From positions 59,210,001 to 59,274,000 of the forward strand of contig NC_092352.1 of the NCBI RefSeq assembly GCF_963676685.1: a stretch of DNA of 64,000 bases, given 5' to 3'. Positions 27,184 through 41,725 of the stretch are shown here, piece after piece. A program made the translations under genes and the position numbers. Under the pieces are notes generated by a model that saw nothing but the letters and a program-made list of their open reading frames with translations, was not told the origin of the DNA and did not search any database. This DNA comes from Mytilus edulis (taxonomy: Eukaryota). Position 1 is the stretch's first letter; every line of letters starts with the position of its first letter.

Positions 27184-28297
27184 TTATCCCTTCCTAGCGC
27201 GTATACCATAAAAGTAAAGTAGGGTCGCGATTTTTCACGGGAAGTTACACACCGATAATATTAATGACAATTTCCGGTTACATTGTTTCATTGTTAAATA
27301 CATAACAGAGGTCATCATTTTCTACATTTGATGTCACTATTAACACGATTGACATGAAAAAGTGGTTTTTATGACGTATCATATGTAACAACAGAAAAAT
27401 TACATATCTTTTATTGTATCTACAGTAGGGTGTTTTACACCATCATGATTCAACAATTGATCGACTTTTATTTAAAATAACACAAGTAAATAAACAAACA
27501 AACAATCTAACAAACACACTCAAAAAATGATAGATAAAGAAATGAATGAGGAAATAAAGAAAAAGAATATTAGATAAAGAAAAAGAATATTATATAATAG
27601 TAATCAAGAAATATAGAAAAATAAAATAAAGATACTTATCATTATGATTAATAATTAATGGAATACAACACGCATGATAAGTAAGTTTGTACTGCACAAC
27701 ATACATGTATGTGCATGACAACCACTCCAAGGCATGTTTTCATACATTTCGTTTTCGACCTGTAAACCGCTAAATCAAAATAAGAAAATACATAGTCATG
27801 TACTGTAAAAACTGTACCAACAATAAGACAACTACATGTATCCACCAGAGGCAAAATGAAGTCGATATAATCAATTATAATAGTTCACACTGCGGTCTCC
27901 AACAACGAGAAAAAAGACCACTTGTTCCATACGCAACGTCAGATATTGCTACCATTTAGTGTAACAGAATTTCCAAACATAACGTTAAATTAGAAACGCG
28001 CACTATCAAGTTTTTCCTGCTTTCCTTGTTGGGAAAATGCAAAGTATAGCACACAAGTAGAAATGCCGATATATTCCATTCCAATATGATTTTATAATTT
28101 TTTACATCGGATATTACATTTTACTTCTAGTAATAATGTGTTTTTCGGGGGAATATTGCTGCATTATATAAACAACCCGAATATGATTTTATTCAAGCAG
28201 TGGAACTAGCGACAATTAATTAAATGGCTTATAGTTATGACACTGAAGTTTTCTTAACTTTTTAATCGTCTTATAGATGTGTATTTTTGTAATAATA

Positions 28298-28471
28298 CAG
28301 GGTCGGATGCAGGAATTTTCGAAAGGGGGGGGGGGGGTGCTAACCCAGGGCAAAGAGGGGGGGGGGTGCAGGGGGTGCAAAACATATGTCCCGATACAAA
28401 TGCATTGATCGGCAAAAATAAAGGGGGGGGGGGTGCGCACCCCCGGAACCCCCCCCCTGGATCCGCCACTG
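28298..28471. mobile_element. Short G-tract MITE
   Basis: Imperfect TIRs CAGGGTCGGATGCAG ... CTGGATCCGCCACTG around poly-G runs. Confidence 0.65.
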
Positions 28472-29429
28472 TAATATGCATCATTTCGTTTTGTTGAAAG
28501 TAAGACATTTACATTAAGTAGAGGAAGAAAACCACGAATGCAGTTCATGTCGTCCCATATTACGCTTGTGGCGACGTCAAATAATGTTAACGGACCCTTG
28601 CAAGACATTTTCATTAATCCTTAATTTTTATAGGTAACCATGTACATTTTGTAGTTAATCGTATTACAATTTGCTGTAATAATTTCAACTTTTAAAGTAC
28701 TTTTTATTGGTATAGTAATCAAAGCCGAAAACTTTTTTGGCAGTAAAAGTTTTGTGAAGGCAAGAAAGATTAACTCGGACATTACCGCAAGACATTGCAA
28801 ACCTTTTGTTTTGAATTGAATATTTTGCTCAATTCATTCATTAATTTGAACTTTTGGAGCTTAGTACACTTAGTACAAAACGATTGTGCTTACAATTTAA
28901 TAAATTATAGTTCAAAATTTTATTTTTTTAACTGAAATGTTTCAAGTTTCCAAAATAAATTTCCCCTGGGGCAGCCATTTATACATTTTCTTTCAAAATA
29001 TCTATGCTAATTTTATATTGAGATGGCCATGTAAACCAGTACTGAAATATATCTAGTCATAAAACATTCATGCAAAATTTAGAAGAGTTGCGTGAACATT
29101 TCGCGAATTGTTCGAGTTTGTTACATGGGACACCGCCAAGTGAACGTTTTTTCTGATAGTCCGAAGCCTATGAATATTATATTTTTATTCTTTCTCTATC
29201 AAATTGTGAAAATTTAAGAAGCAACCTTTATTTTCATACATAATTTGAAATATTCATTTCAGCAATTCTAAGAAAATTTCCTTATCAAATATTTACTTAG
29301 TGCTATTTTTCATGGTAGTAGCAATATCTAACGTTGCTTAAATATATTAAAAAGCTGGATACAATGTATGAAGCATATCAATGGGAAACAATTCAAACGA
29401 GAAAACTAACGGCGTAATTTATCACGAGT

Positions 29430-29905
29430 TGGTACACGGCCACGTCCACTTGTATTTTTGTCCATCTGATGAGTTAAACCTTTTTCAAATGATTTTTATA
29501 GTACGTTCTTTTAGTCTTCTGTTGTACATTTTTGTACTGTTATACCATTGTCCCAAGTTAGGGGGAGAGTTGGTATCCCGCTAACATTTGTAACCCCGCC
29601 ACATTTTGTATGTATGTGCCTGTCCCAAGTCAGAAGCCTGTAATTCAGTGGTTGTCGTTTGTTTATGTGTTACAATGTACATATTTGTTTTTTGTTCATT
29701 TTTTTTTACATAAATAAGACCGTTGGTTTTCTTGTTTGAATTGTTTTATATTGTCATTTCGGGAACTTTAATAGCTGACTTTGCGGTATGACTTTGCTCA
29801 TTGTTGAAGGCCGTACGGTGACCTATAGTTGTTAATTTTTGTGTCATTTTGGTCTCTTGTGGAGAGTTGTCTCATTGGCAATCATACCACATCTTCTTTT
29901 TTTTT
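29430..29905 (-). repeat. Minus-strand copy of the abundant interspersed repeat
   Basis: Reverse complement of the 17620-18050 element. Confidence 0.75.
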
Positions 29906-30339
29906 ATACTCCATGGACTATCCGTTTCACAGATGATAGCGGGTATGTTCATAATGTAGCTACAATCTTGTCCCCTTTTTTTACGAATATAACCTACCAA
30001 ATCAGGCTTTTTACCGTTTGTTTTTGTGTAATAACATGAGTGGATGAAACTATAAGTATAGTTTATTGAACCATACGGATTCAAAAAGAACAGTAAGATA
30101 GGCAGATTTGTATAAGTTCTTTTTGTTTGTCAATCTCTTTATTTGTATTGTATAATTATATTTAGTGCAATTTTGAAAATAAAATATTGTTTAAACAAAA
30201 AGAACAGTTTTTGCTAAATTATGATCAACATATTTCTTTCTGTAAAATTTAAACTACAACTGGAAAGTGAAATAATATGTTTTTACAATTACATCAAATA
30301 TTCACAAACATGTATGCAAATTAAGTTCAACTCCTAATG

Positions 30340-33300
30340 TTAAAATACATGATCATAGTCAGTTGCTATTACAGTTTGACTTCCAATGGCATGATCGTAG
30401 GTATGATCTGTAGTTTTTGACTGGTTGTTATTTCCGGATATGTCATAAACACCATCCACTGAATGACTATATAAACTACCTTCATTAAAAAATCTCCGGA
30501 TTTTGTTCAGTGTATTATATTCTCCTTCAACACAGCAGTAGTCTTCATCACCTTTAATCAAATGATTTTTCTTTTCGAGTTTTATTTGATAATTTGTTTG
30601 TTCATTTCTTGGGAGGAAACGTTTACCTTTGCTGAAACCAGTTGCCGTTGAATCTAGAATAGCATATGCGCCATTGCTGCCACTGGCTGTCAAATGAAGT
30701 TCTGTTTGTGAGGTGTCTGCAATGTGGTCCCTTTTTACTTTGCCGGTTATATCATTAACTAACTTAAAGTAGTTGTGTTGTAAGGAAGGCAACATGTTTT
30801 TGATGATTGATCTTTTATCTAGTTTATCTTGAGCATGCCCTTGGTCTGTTACGGGTTTACGGTGCACGTGGTTTGCGGTCGTACTGCATGTTTGCGGCTC
30901 GATATATCCATTTGAAATTCGTGTTGTTTTATTCGAATTTGAATTTCCGTATGTATGACATTTTTCATAGACATGCAATTCATTGGACGAACTGTCTGAG
31001 ATTGATACATTCTGATTTCCATCATACTCGTGTCCTCGTGATTCCTTTATATTAGCCTTTTGTTCTCTGAAATAAAAATAATCAATGATGATTGAGATTA
31101 TAATAAAAGTATCATATTTAATAAATTTTCAATCAATGATAAAGTAAATAAGTGTACATGTACATATATACAGTTGATAAATTCTGATATTTCATTGTTT
31201 TTTAGGCATGGACCTAGAAAATATTTTCATTTTGCAATCAGAAAATTAATTTGGGCCAGGCGTTAGGTATAATCAAAGTGTATTATGTTTAAAATGAACC
31301 ATCTTTATTACTTTTTACAATAGTTAAAGATGAAAACAATACTTTTTTGAATGAAATGAGATGAGGATAAACGTACATTGAATATTTCCAACGATTAAAT
31401 TTTATAGTGTGTCTTTTTTATGTTGTGATGTTACACTATAGTTTCAGATAAGGGTGAAGGTTGGTACGTATTAAAACAATTAAACCCGCTATAGTTGGAT
31501 GCACTTGTTCTAAGTCATTATTCTGATGTTCGGTATTGTCCTTTATTGATGTATTTCTTAAGTGTTTCATGTTACGCGTTTTTCATATAGATTAGACCGT
31601 TGGTTTTCCAATTTGAATGGTTTTACACTGTCTAGTCATTTTTGAGGGCCCTTTATAGCTTGCTCCGTGTTGAAGATTGTATTTTACAAATTGTGACTTG
31701 GATTAGAGAATTGTCTCATTGACACTCATACAACATCTTCTTATATATATGTACATTTATTTTCTTTTGAAATATTTGCTGACAAAGTAGCCTATCAATG
31801 CCGTATGCCTTTTTATTACTTAATCCGACATAAACAGCCATATTCATTTTTTTCATTAATTAGAATTTGTCCTGATTTTTATCTTTTTCGTCTTTTAAAA
31901 TAGCTTTTTACATTTATTTAGATTCTTTTGTTGTGTTTGTCTTTCTGTATACATGTACTCTTGCATGGTACCAACAGAGAACAATGAAATACTATGTATA
32001 TGATAGAACCCGGTAGGTATATATGTCATACTTAATATTAGTGAAACATGGAAATATACCTTCTTCGCCAGAACAAAAAACTGACAGCTGCTACTATGGA
32101 TAAGAACACTACTATTGTTAGCCCAATACCAATGCCTACAATTGTTTGAAATTAATAAAAACTACTTTTTAATTATCATAACAGTATTATGACGTAGTTG
32201 CTTGTTTTTTGTTTATCTTTACACTGAATAAAACTAGATGTGACAGCAAAATTTATTTTATTGTCACAATCTAATAACTACCCAAAACATTTCATCGAAC
32301 GCGGTTTTGATCTCATGAATATTATTGACGGCTAGCCTCATGCATATTAACGCCGGCTAGATCCACACTAGTGTCAACTTCACCTAGCTGTTTACCAAAA
32401 CGGTTTTAATAATGGGAGCGTGTTCAAACGTAGAAATAAGCCAATAAAAAGATAAATACCAAACTATTGTTGTAACAAAAAGTATTTACCTATAACAGAT
32501 TGACTTTGCTCCGGAATTGTTAGTGTATGTTCTGTCGTCGATACCATAGGACCTGAAAGAAGGAACAGTGCATTAATTTTGTGTAACTAAATCAAACTTC
32601 GTTTCATCGTTTATTCACCATTTTGATGGGGCTCGTGCTACTTAGTTTTTAGTTTTCTAAGTTGTGTATTGTGCACTATTATTTGTCTGTTTGTCTTTTT
32701 TTCATTTTTAACTATCGCGTTGTCAGTTTCTTTCGATCTATGAGTTTGACTGTCCCTCAGGCATCTGTTGCCCCTCTTCTATTGTCGTAAGATATTATAA
32801 TAACTTGCGGGTTTAGAAAAAAATGCAATATGGTATAAAACATTTTAAACATATTTCATGTCTCATGTTTATGATGAACTATTTGGTGCTATTGAACAGT
32901 CGAGTTATGGACCAGCTTATCCATATGACAAGTCAAGTTGCTGTTCCTCACGTTTGTCCTTGTCACTTTATGCCTTGCTTCAAACCATGATCAATGTATG
33001 ATAAATGTGAATCAATCGAGATGTACAAGGTAACAACACCACGGCATCTGCATAAAATGGATGAAAATAAAGCAAAATCAACAAAAAGTTGTTTTAATTC
33101 CACAAACATCTAAAATTGGGCAAGTTGATGAATACAAAAGAAACCTGTTTACCTATATCAGTGATATCCGACTGATTTTGTCTCGAAATTGTTGGTGTCT
33201 GTTCTGTCGTCGACAACTGAGAACCTGGTAGCAAAAAGTAAAGTATGGAAACTGAATTAATGAACACGTAGTTCAATATTGTATTGTCCTTGAGAGATAT

Positions 33301-36300
33301 CGTAATAACTTGAGAGTTAAAACACACTTGTATAATATGGGATAAAAACAATTTCTTAGTGTGCTAATTTTATGATTAACAATTACATGTACGTTAGGGT
33401 ATCCAGATTGCAAAAAATTAGATAGCTTGTCACCAACGTTGTTGGTCATTACCTTCATTCTGATCACTAGTTTCAAACCATTGAATGTCATGGCTTTTGT
33501 TAACTATTCGGTATGTATTAATTGGTTAACACATTACATTATATACAAATAACGAGTTGTGGTATGATTCCCTATGAGCCATCTATTGACCAGAGTTCTT
33601 ATGAAGTTGATTCAAGCAAACAAAGGCCACTGCTCTATAGTCGATATACCAGCTTACTAGTGAACAAACGTAAGAACAGTCTAGTGCAACATAGCTGGAG
33701 ACATAGATGATTGGAAACCATAGTTAGCTTGGAAGTTTGTTTGAGAAATAATATATTGTGTTTGTGAAATATATAATATAAATATATTGTGTTTGTGAAA
33801 TATATAATATATGATTTCAAATGATAGTCTTGAAAATCTATTGTTTTAAGTAGAATATGATGATGTTGATAAATGTCGGTCAATAAGAAAGTCTTAATTT
33901 AAGAATCAAATTACAATAAAAAAATGTAAGAAAATGTGGTATGATTGCCAATTATTGTATTACAGAGATGTCTTACACGAATTAACGAAAAGCGAAGATA
34001 AATGTCAAAGGTTAAACGAATTAACAACACTTTTCATGGATTAGATATGTCATTCTAATAATGGCGCTTTCTATGACTAAACGTCTCTTATTTTCAGAAA
34101 ATGAACTCATGGATCGGATTGTTTCGTCAGATTTGATTTAATGATAGATGTGGATGTAAATGAAATGTTGCCGCAATACTTTCATCAAGGTATAAAGAAA
34201 AGAGAGAAAGTATTGTATTATTAGAGTGCCTTCACCACCCCTCCCCCGTTCCCCTAACCCCGGGATAGATTCTCAAGGGGATAGATGAAAAATCTTGTAA
34301 GATATTTACCATGACATGCATGATGCTTGCTTCAAAAACTACTTCGACATATAGTTTTAGAAGAGGTACAAAAAGGAAACGTGTTTTAAACTTATTGTGC
34401 AGGCAATCTGCCTTTCCCAACACCATTAACATGACCGATTAATAGATGGGCTGTTGATTGCGCAAGGTCAACAGATAACTATATTTTAATCATGCTCAAT
34501 TCATGGAGAGATACCTTTTGTTTTATAAATCGGACGAAACGAAACGAATAAATGACAATGTTTTGGAAAGATTTATTTTGACACGATAAATCTACCAATT
34601 TATCAATATCGCATCTTCATTAATAGACCTCATTATTCGTTTTTTAAGCGTTCTTATTGCAGTTATTTGTTTCAAGTAAGGGTAAGTCCCCCGCGCCTTT
34701 GGAAATTTAGTTTTGATTATTGTTGTGAATGCACTGTTAAAACTTATTAAGACCGTGTATGGTCTTTGATATCAGAGTTTACTAGGCCAAGAAAGCGGAG
34801 ATAGACAGTAAACTTTCAACTTCTCAGATGGAAGTTAAAGCACTGGTCTAAAGTCTTCCCATTCTTCAAATATCCACGAACAGTAAGTTTTCTATTATCC
34901 ACGAACATTGGTGCCCACGAAAATAAATGAAGTCACAATTATAACAAAAAATCATTCAGTTTACGCATACCTCTAAAAAAAAATAGCCGACTGAAGTTAT
35001 CTCACTTGAAGATCTAATGAATAATTACCATTTATGTTTTATATGGTGTTACTGCGGTTTTTAAGAGACAAAATATGTTGTTTTTGTCTTTAATTTGTTT
35101 ATGTATTTCAAGCGATCAAATATGTACAATAGTATACTACTTGCATGCAAAAGAAAACAAAATTATACAAGAGTTTTGTCTCTGCTATTCATAATCATTG
35201 TGTTTATAATGCACTTTGCAAAGATATCATGCTATGAAAGATCATAAAAAAACATCACCTTTTCTAATTATTTTATATACAGATGCTGCCCATATGCCAC
35301 CACAATTCATTGATGGATGCCCTCTGCATTTCATATAACAATCTATCTCATGTGTTCTAGGATTCTGATCAGAACTGATGTTTGTTCCATTACCACAAAA
35401 GCAATGGTATTTTAACTGTTATTTTCAAAAAAGAGGAACACTGTATTATAGCATTTAATTTATTACTTATAACTTTTAACATTGGAAGGGTATTGGTTGG
35501 ATGATATCTATATTCATTTGGCTTAAGTGGAAACCAGTATTGATTTTAAAAATCAAATATAACCATGAGCTGTCATATTCGACTATCCTAATGTGGAAAC
35601 AACATAAGAACAGGACGTTGAATACCGTTTAAACATTGTTATAACAAGTACCATAGTTCGAAACTGTACATTTACATGCATATTTTTTTTCACGATCTTT
35701 TAAGTACAAAACAGACACACTGTTTGAAATGATATCCTTTGTGATCAGAGACAGCTGGTTTTGCACCAGATTCTTTTTAATTAAGCGATAATATTAAGCA
35801 GTATTTTAGCGCTTACATTTGAGGAAAAAAGTCTTACATGTTAATTCATGTTGAATATTAGAATGAAATTCAAAACAGTGTGGCTGTGGCCATTGATTGA
35901 CACATTAAATTCATCCATTGACTGGGACAATTTACGTGAACGTTTGTCTGTAACGACCACTGTTCACGACGTACCTACGATAGACATTTAAACTGTTGGG
36001 TCACCAAAGGTTTCTTAACGCCTTTAATTATAAAATAATTCGAAAAATTAATCAGGAATAACCTTTTTGTTTTGATTTATATAATTGTTATAAATCAAAA
36101 CATCGTGTTATTTCTGATTAATTTTTCGAATTACTTTATTAAGGTGTTGAGAACCTTTGGTGACCCCATAGTTTAAGTGTCTTTAAAAAGTACATAGTGA
36201 GCAGTGATCGTTACATACAAACCATCACCTAAATTTTCCCAGTCAATGGATGCATTTAATGTGTCAATCAATGGCCACAGCCACACTGTTTTGAATTTCA

Positions 36301-36613
36301 TTATATTAGCCACTACATTATTATAAGATGTTCGATTTTTTTATAATACAACTGCACGTATAAAAATATCTACATACAAACCAAGCTTAATGTGTTTTTT
36401 TATTTAACATATCATTCAATACTCAAATTAATATTCAATACGTATGTATGCAAACCTGGTTTATACCTTTGTTGCGAAATATTCATAGTTTTTAGGATTG
36501 CAGTGGTTGAAGCATATATTGGTTGACATTTCATTATTTGCTGTTGTGAATGGTCCAACATGTAATAGTCTTCTACTGCCACGATCTTTAAAGCATCCAA
36601 TGTAGGTGAACAT
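30340..36613 (-). CDS. Gene D: WSC-domain single-pass receptor with multi-tyrosine tail (413 aa from the Met at the WSC start; N-terminus uncertain)
   Basis: In-frame segments 36613-36467 (MFTYIGCFKD...ICFNHC...YFATK), 35415-35259 (LKYHCFCGNG...DCYMKCRGHPSMNCGGIWAASVY), stalk 33224-33153 and 32552-32490, 76-nt TM 32135-32060 (IGIGLTIVVFLSIVAAVSFLFWRRR), tail 31066-30340. All 8 WSC cysteines present. Confidence 0.8.
35861..36303. mobile_element. Foldback MITE with ~200-bp inverted repeats, in the intron that splits the gene D WSC domain
   Basis: AATGAAATTCAAAACAGTGTGGCTGTGGCCATTGATTGACACATTAAA... is mirrored at the right end and the symmetry continues nearly to the centre; TA flanks. Confidence 0.85.
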
Positions 36614-37061
36614 TTCTATGAAATGCTGAAATATTAAAATGCAACAATAGAATAAAATTATTGCATGCACTGTTTGATTTGATATTGAACATAGGACAAT
36701 CCTGAAATATCTTGTCAATAACCATATCATGTGCTTTAATATTGCATTTGCTTCTTAAGATACATTTATAAAGGTTCATTTTGCTCACGTGAATTTTGCA
36801 TGAAATTCACATGAAAAATTGAATTCGACATTCACCCCAGACTACCTTATACACGAAACTCATGTGACAATTTACATATGAATTTTACGTTTATTGAGAT
36901 TCACATAAACCAGGTATTTATAGATTATCGTTGGTTATCTCAACGAGATTAGTTTTCTCGCTTGAGCCGGTTACGGCGAAAGCGAGTAAAGCAATCGAGT
37001 TGAGATGACCAATGTTAATCTGTTTATCGCAATTTTACCTATGACGACGTTGTCAATTTCC

Positions 37062-40000
37062 TGTCAATTTGTTTAAGCAACGCCACGTGGCTCCTTAGTT
37101 TCTAGCGATAATTTTCCATCTCAAGCGAGTAGCATGATATGAAAAATTATCACAAAAAAGATCGAAGGAAAAATACACAAAATAGCGATAAATTAAGATT
37201 CTCACGAATCTCACGTGAGGATTTCCCCATGAATATAACGTGAATTTAATAAAAAGAAAATTATATTTTTCATGCTTTTATTGTAATTTGTTTTATTTTA
37301 AAAGTCCATGTGACTTTCCCATGAACAAAAGTTAGTTTTACATGCAATTCGCGTGATTGATTGATATTTATCTTGTAAAACAATTTCATTTCGACGATTA
37401 ATTTCCTTGTTTTTTTATAGCAATAAAATGAATATATTTTTATCAGAAAACTATGAAATTAGTGTTGTCTCTCAATTAACAAATCAAAAACAAACATTTT
37501 AACTCACTTCTATTGTTTCAGATCTCCACTGCGTTGCATGCACATAATTTCAATAATAAGACAGGTGAACTATGAATATGGTATTACGAAGTTGATTTTG
37601 AAAAAAATATCCGTTGCAGTTTCCTTATAAACATGTAAATTAACATCAACCTTATTTTCATCATGAATTTTTAAAGTAAAGTCACTTCCGATACGTAAAA
37701 AAACACAAACAAAAATAGTTTTCTAATTAATGTTATCGTACTTTTATTGTTAATCAAACTATATACTAATAAACAAGAACATTAACTAAACTTTTTAAAT
37801 AAGAAAACGATAAGTAAATAACGGTGTAACTGAAAGTGTTCAATTTAACATACTGCAAATCATTATATACTATTTAAATGGCAAAGTATACCATTTTTCT
37901 TACAGATCCCGCATATGAGTGGAGCATACGTGACACACAGGGGGAAAGTATATAAAAGTGCAAAACATGTCTGTATGCAGCCGACAGTGTCAGATACTCG
38001 TCTACTAAACATATTATGGACAACTAAAAAATGCTCTTCAACGTGTGTACTTCATTTAGTGTTTTTACTTTTATTCGAGAGTCGCTGATTATTCGTATGT
38101 AGACGACCCACGTCTGACGTACAAACGTATGAGCCTGATATCTTAATGAGCTTTTATTTCACTTAACTGTGAATTTATTTATTTTCGTGGGTACCAATTT
38201 TCGTGGATTAAGGAAAGCTAGCATGTTCGTCGATACGTAATTGTATGGTTTTACCGAACTCTGTATACAAGCCTATAAGAAATTTTGTCATTTGTTAAAC
38301 ATTTGATTTCGTGGTCAACCTGTACACACGAAATCTACAAAAGTTTATATCCAACGAATAACTATGTATCCGCAATATGAGATAAGACACACATAAAGTA
38401 ATTCAAACGAGAAATCTAACATACAGCAACAAAATAACTATCCATGAAAAACAGGCCCCAGACTTGGGACAGGCAGATACAGAATATAAAAGGGTAAAAA
38501 ATGTTTGAAAGCGCCAACCATCTAATGACATGGGACAGAGGTATAACAGCACAACATAAGAACTTATTATATAAAAACCAGTTTTAAAGGGCTTAACTCA
38601 TCAGATCGATACCAAACAAAAAACACATCTAGCAAAAGTACAGAAATTTCATGTCAATTTCATTAGCAACGCCACGTGGTTCTTAGTTTCTAGCGATAAT
38701 TTTCCATCTCAAGCGAGTAGCATGATATGAAAAATTATCACAAAAAAGATAAAAGGAAAAATACACAAAATAGCGAAAAATTAAGATTCTCACGAATCTC
38801 ACGTGAGGATTTCCCCATGAATATAACGTGAACTTAATAAAAAGAAAATTATATTTTTCATGCTTTTATTGTAATTTGTTTTATTTTAAAAGTCCATGTG
38901 ACTTTCCCATGAAAAAAATATTAGTTTTACATGCAATTCACGTGAAGGATTGACATTTATCTTGTAAAACAATTTTATTTCGACGATTAATTTCCTTGTT
39001 TTTTACAGCAATAAAATGAATATATTGTTATCAGAAAACTATGAAATAAGTGTTGTCTCTCAATTAACAAATCAAAAACAAACATTTTAACTCACTTCTA
39101 TTGTTTAAGATCTCCACTGCGTTGCATGCACATAATTTCAATAATAATACAGGTGAACTATGAATATGGTATTACGAAGTTAATTTTGAAAAAAATATCC
39201 GTTGCAGTTTCCTTATAAACATGTAATTTAACATCAATCTTATTTTCATCATGAATTTTTAAAGTAAAGTCACTTCCTATACGTAAAAAAACACAAACAA
39301 AAAGAGTTTTCTAATTAATGTTATCGTACTTTTATTGTTAATCAAACTATATACTAATAAACAAGAACATTAACTAAACTTTTTAAATAAGAAAACGATA
39401 AGTAAATAACGGTGTAACTGAAAGTGTTCAATTTAACATTCTGCAAATCATTATATACTATTTAAATAGCAAAGTATACCATTTTTCTTACATATCCCGC
39501 ATATGAGTGGAGCATACGTGGGGAAAGTATATAAAAGTGCAAAACATGTCTGTACGCAGCCGACAGTGTCAGATACTCGTCTACTAAACATATTATGGAA
39601 AACTAAAAAAAGCTCTTCAACGTGTGTACTTCATTTAGTGTTTTTACTTTTATTCGAGAGTCGCTGAGTATTCGTATGTAGACGACCCGCGTCTGACGTA
39701 CAAACGTATGAGCCTGATATCTTAATGAGCTTTTATTTCACTTAACTGTGAATTTATCTATTTTCGTGGGTACCAATTTTCGTGGATTAAGGTAAACTAG
39801 CATGTTCGTCGATACGTAATTCTATGGTTTTACCGAAGTCTGTATACAAGCCTATAAGAAATTTTGTCATTTGTTAAACATTTAATTTCGTGGTCAATCT
39901 GTACCCACGAAATCTACAAAAGTTTATATCCAGCGAATAATTATGTATCCGCAATATGAGACACACATAAAGTAATTCAAACGAGAAATCTAACATACAG

Positions 40001-40221
40001 CAACAAAATAACTATCCATGAAAAACAGGCCCCAGACTTGGGACAGGCAGATACGGAATATAAAAGGGTCAAAAATGTTTGAAAGTGCCAACCATCTAAT
40101 GACATGGGACAGAGGTATAACAGCACAACATAAGAACTTATTATTATATAAAAACCAGTTTAAAAGGGCTTAACTCATCAGATCGATACCAAACAAAAAA
40201 CACATCTAGCAAAAGTACAGA
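37062..40221. repeat. ~1.58-kb tandem duplication covering the upstream exon and promoter of gene D
   Basis: 37062-38644 aligns with 38652-40221, with scattered substitutions and small indels. Confidence 0.9.
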
Positions 40222-40409
40222 TCGAACCTGACGGAAAATCTATTTTGATACAATCCCTCACAACTACAAAAACACAACGTTCTGATCTGATAGTATTGGC
40301 AGTTGTCTGAGATAGAAACTGTACACATTATCAAACGTTCTTCTTCCGTTCCGCAGTACTCCATTCGACAAACGAACGCAACAATTGAATATAGACTCGT
40401 AACAAGATC

Positions 40410-41575
40410 AGAGGATCAAGAGAGCCTGATGTCGCTCACCTGCAGTTTCAGGCATTTGACTTATTTGTAGATCTCATTTTGCGGTATAATTTGGCCATTT
40501 ACACTTTCTTATTCAAACCCCTAAACAGTAACTAAATAATAAGTTGTCGAATTGGTGTCAATATTACTTAACAGGTAGATATATATCTGTTTAACCCTTT
40601 AACCTTTGTCAGTTTTGATCTTACTGCTTTAATTTTCTAAAAATAAAAAGCCAAACAGGTAATTTAGCCCCTTTGTTCTATTTTTAGAGACAACGCCATG
40701 TTTTTTTTTATATATGGATCAAATCTCTGAATACAATCTATATGTATTCTATATACCATAAGGAGCATTCTGTTAAAGTTTTAACGTATTTGGCCAAACC
40801 TGGTGACAGAGAAAAATATGAAAATTAATTAGATTTGAAAAAAAATGGAAAACTTCTTATGCGGTCAACTGACTATTTGATCATGTTGACTTTTATTTTT
40901 TTTACCTCATTTATAGTAATTTTTACTTTTCATACATATCATAATATAAAAAGTTTAGTCAAAAACAGTAATAGTAAATGAAAATATAAACTATTTTCAA
41001 CAACAACCCATCAATGGGTTGTCAAATTTGTCTAAAGTTTTCATATCATATTGATCATGACCCATTCATCATTTTAACTCGTATCACTTTCGATTTAACT
41101 GCTGTAGTGTTTATGATATAAGACAAAAACAGTTTTTACCCTATGTTCTATTTTTAGCCATGTCGGCCATGTCTAATGGAAGATCAACACTTTAGACAAA
41201 ATTTACAAACACGATACCCTAAGGTAAATTCAGTTAAAGGTTAGAAGTATGTGGCAAATTAGTTTCAGGGAAGAAGATTTTTGAAAAGTAAAAGACGAAT
41301 GAAAAATGTAAAAAGATTAAGGTCAAAAATTAAATTTGACCCCTATGATATTTTCTCACACATGGCAGCCATGTTTGTTGATGGATCAAACTTCGCATAT
41401 AATTTATAAAAATGATACCTAAGACACATTCAGTTAAAGTTTGAAGGTATTTGGCCCTGTAGTTTCAGAGTAGAAGATTCTTGAAATATTTTTTGACGAC
41501 GTTGACGGACGACGACGAACGTCAAGTGATGGCATAAGCTCACATGGGGCACTTCACACCCCTGTAAGCTAAGAA
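40410..41575 (+). mobile_element. Non-autonomous Helentron-associated (pearl/CvA-like) element
   Basis: 5' CAAGAGAGCCTGATGTCGCTCACC; internal tandem units (GGCCATGT...GATACCCTAAG...GAAGATT); 3' GACG microsatellite and AAGTGATGGCATAAGCTCAC...GTAAGCTAAG. Confidence 0.6.
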
Positions 41576-41725
41576 AAGTATTTCAATTGTAAAGATATGG
41601 TCACCGCTTTTTTTCTTCTTTTTTTATATGGATAGTACTGACAAAAGTGAAACAACAGAATGAATATAAATTAATTTACAACTAAATAAATTATTCGAAA
41701 TATGTACAAATGTATGCCAATCAAG

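Noticed and set aside
28216-28614. Gly/Pro-rich overlapping ORFs
   Set aside because: They come from the G tracts of a MITE.
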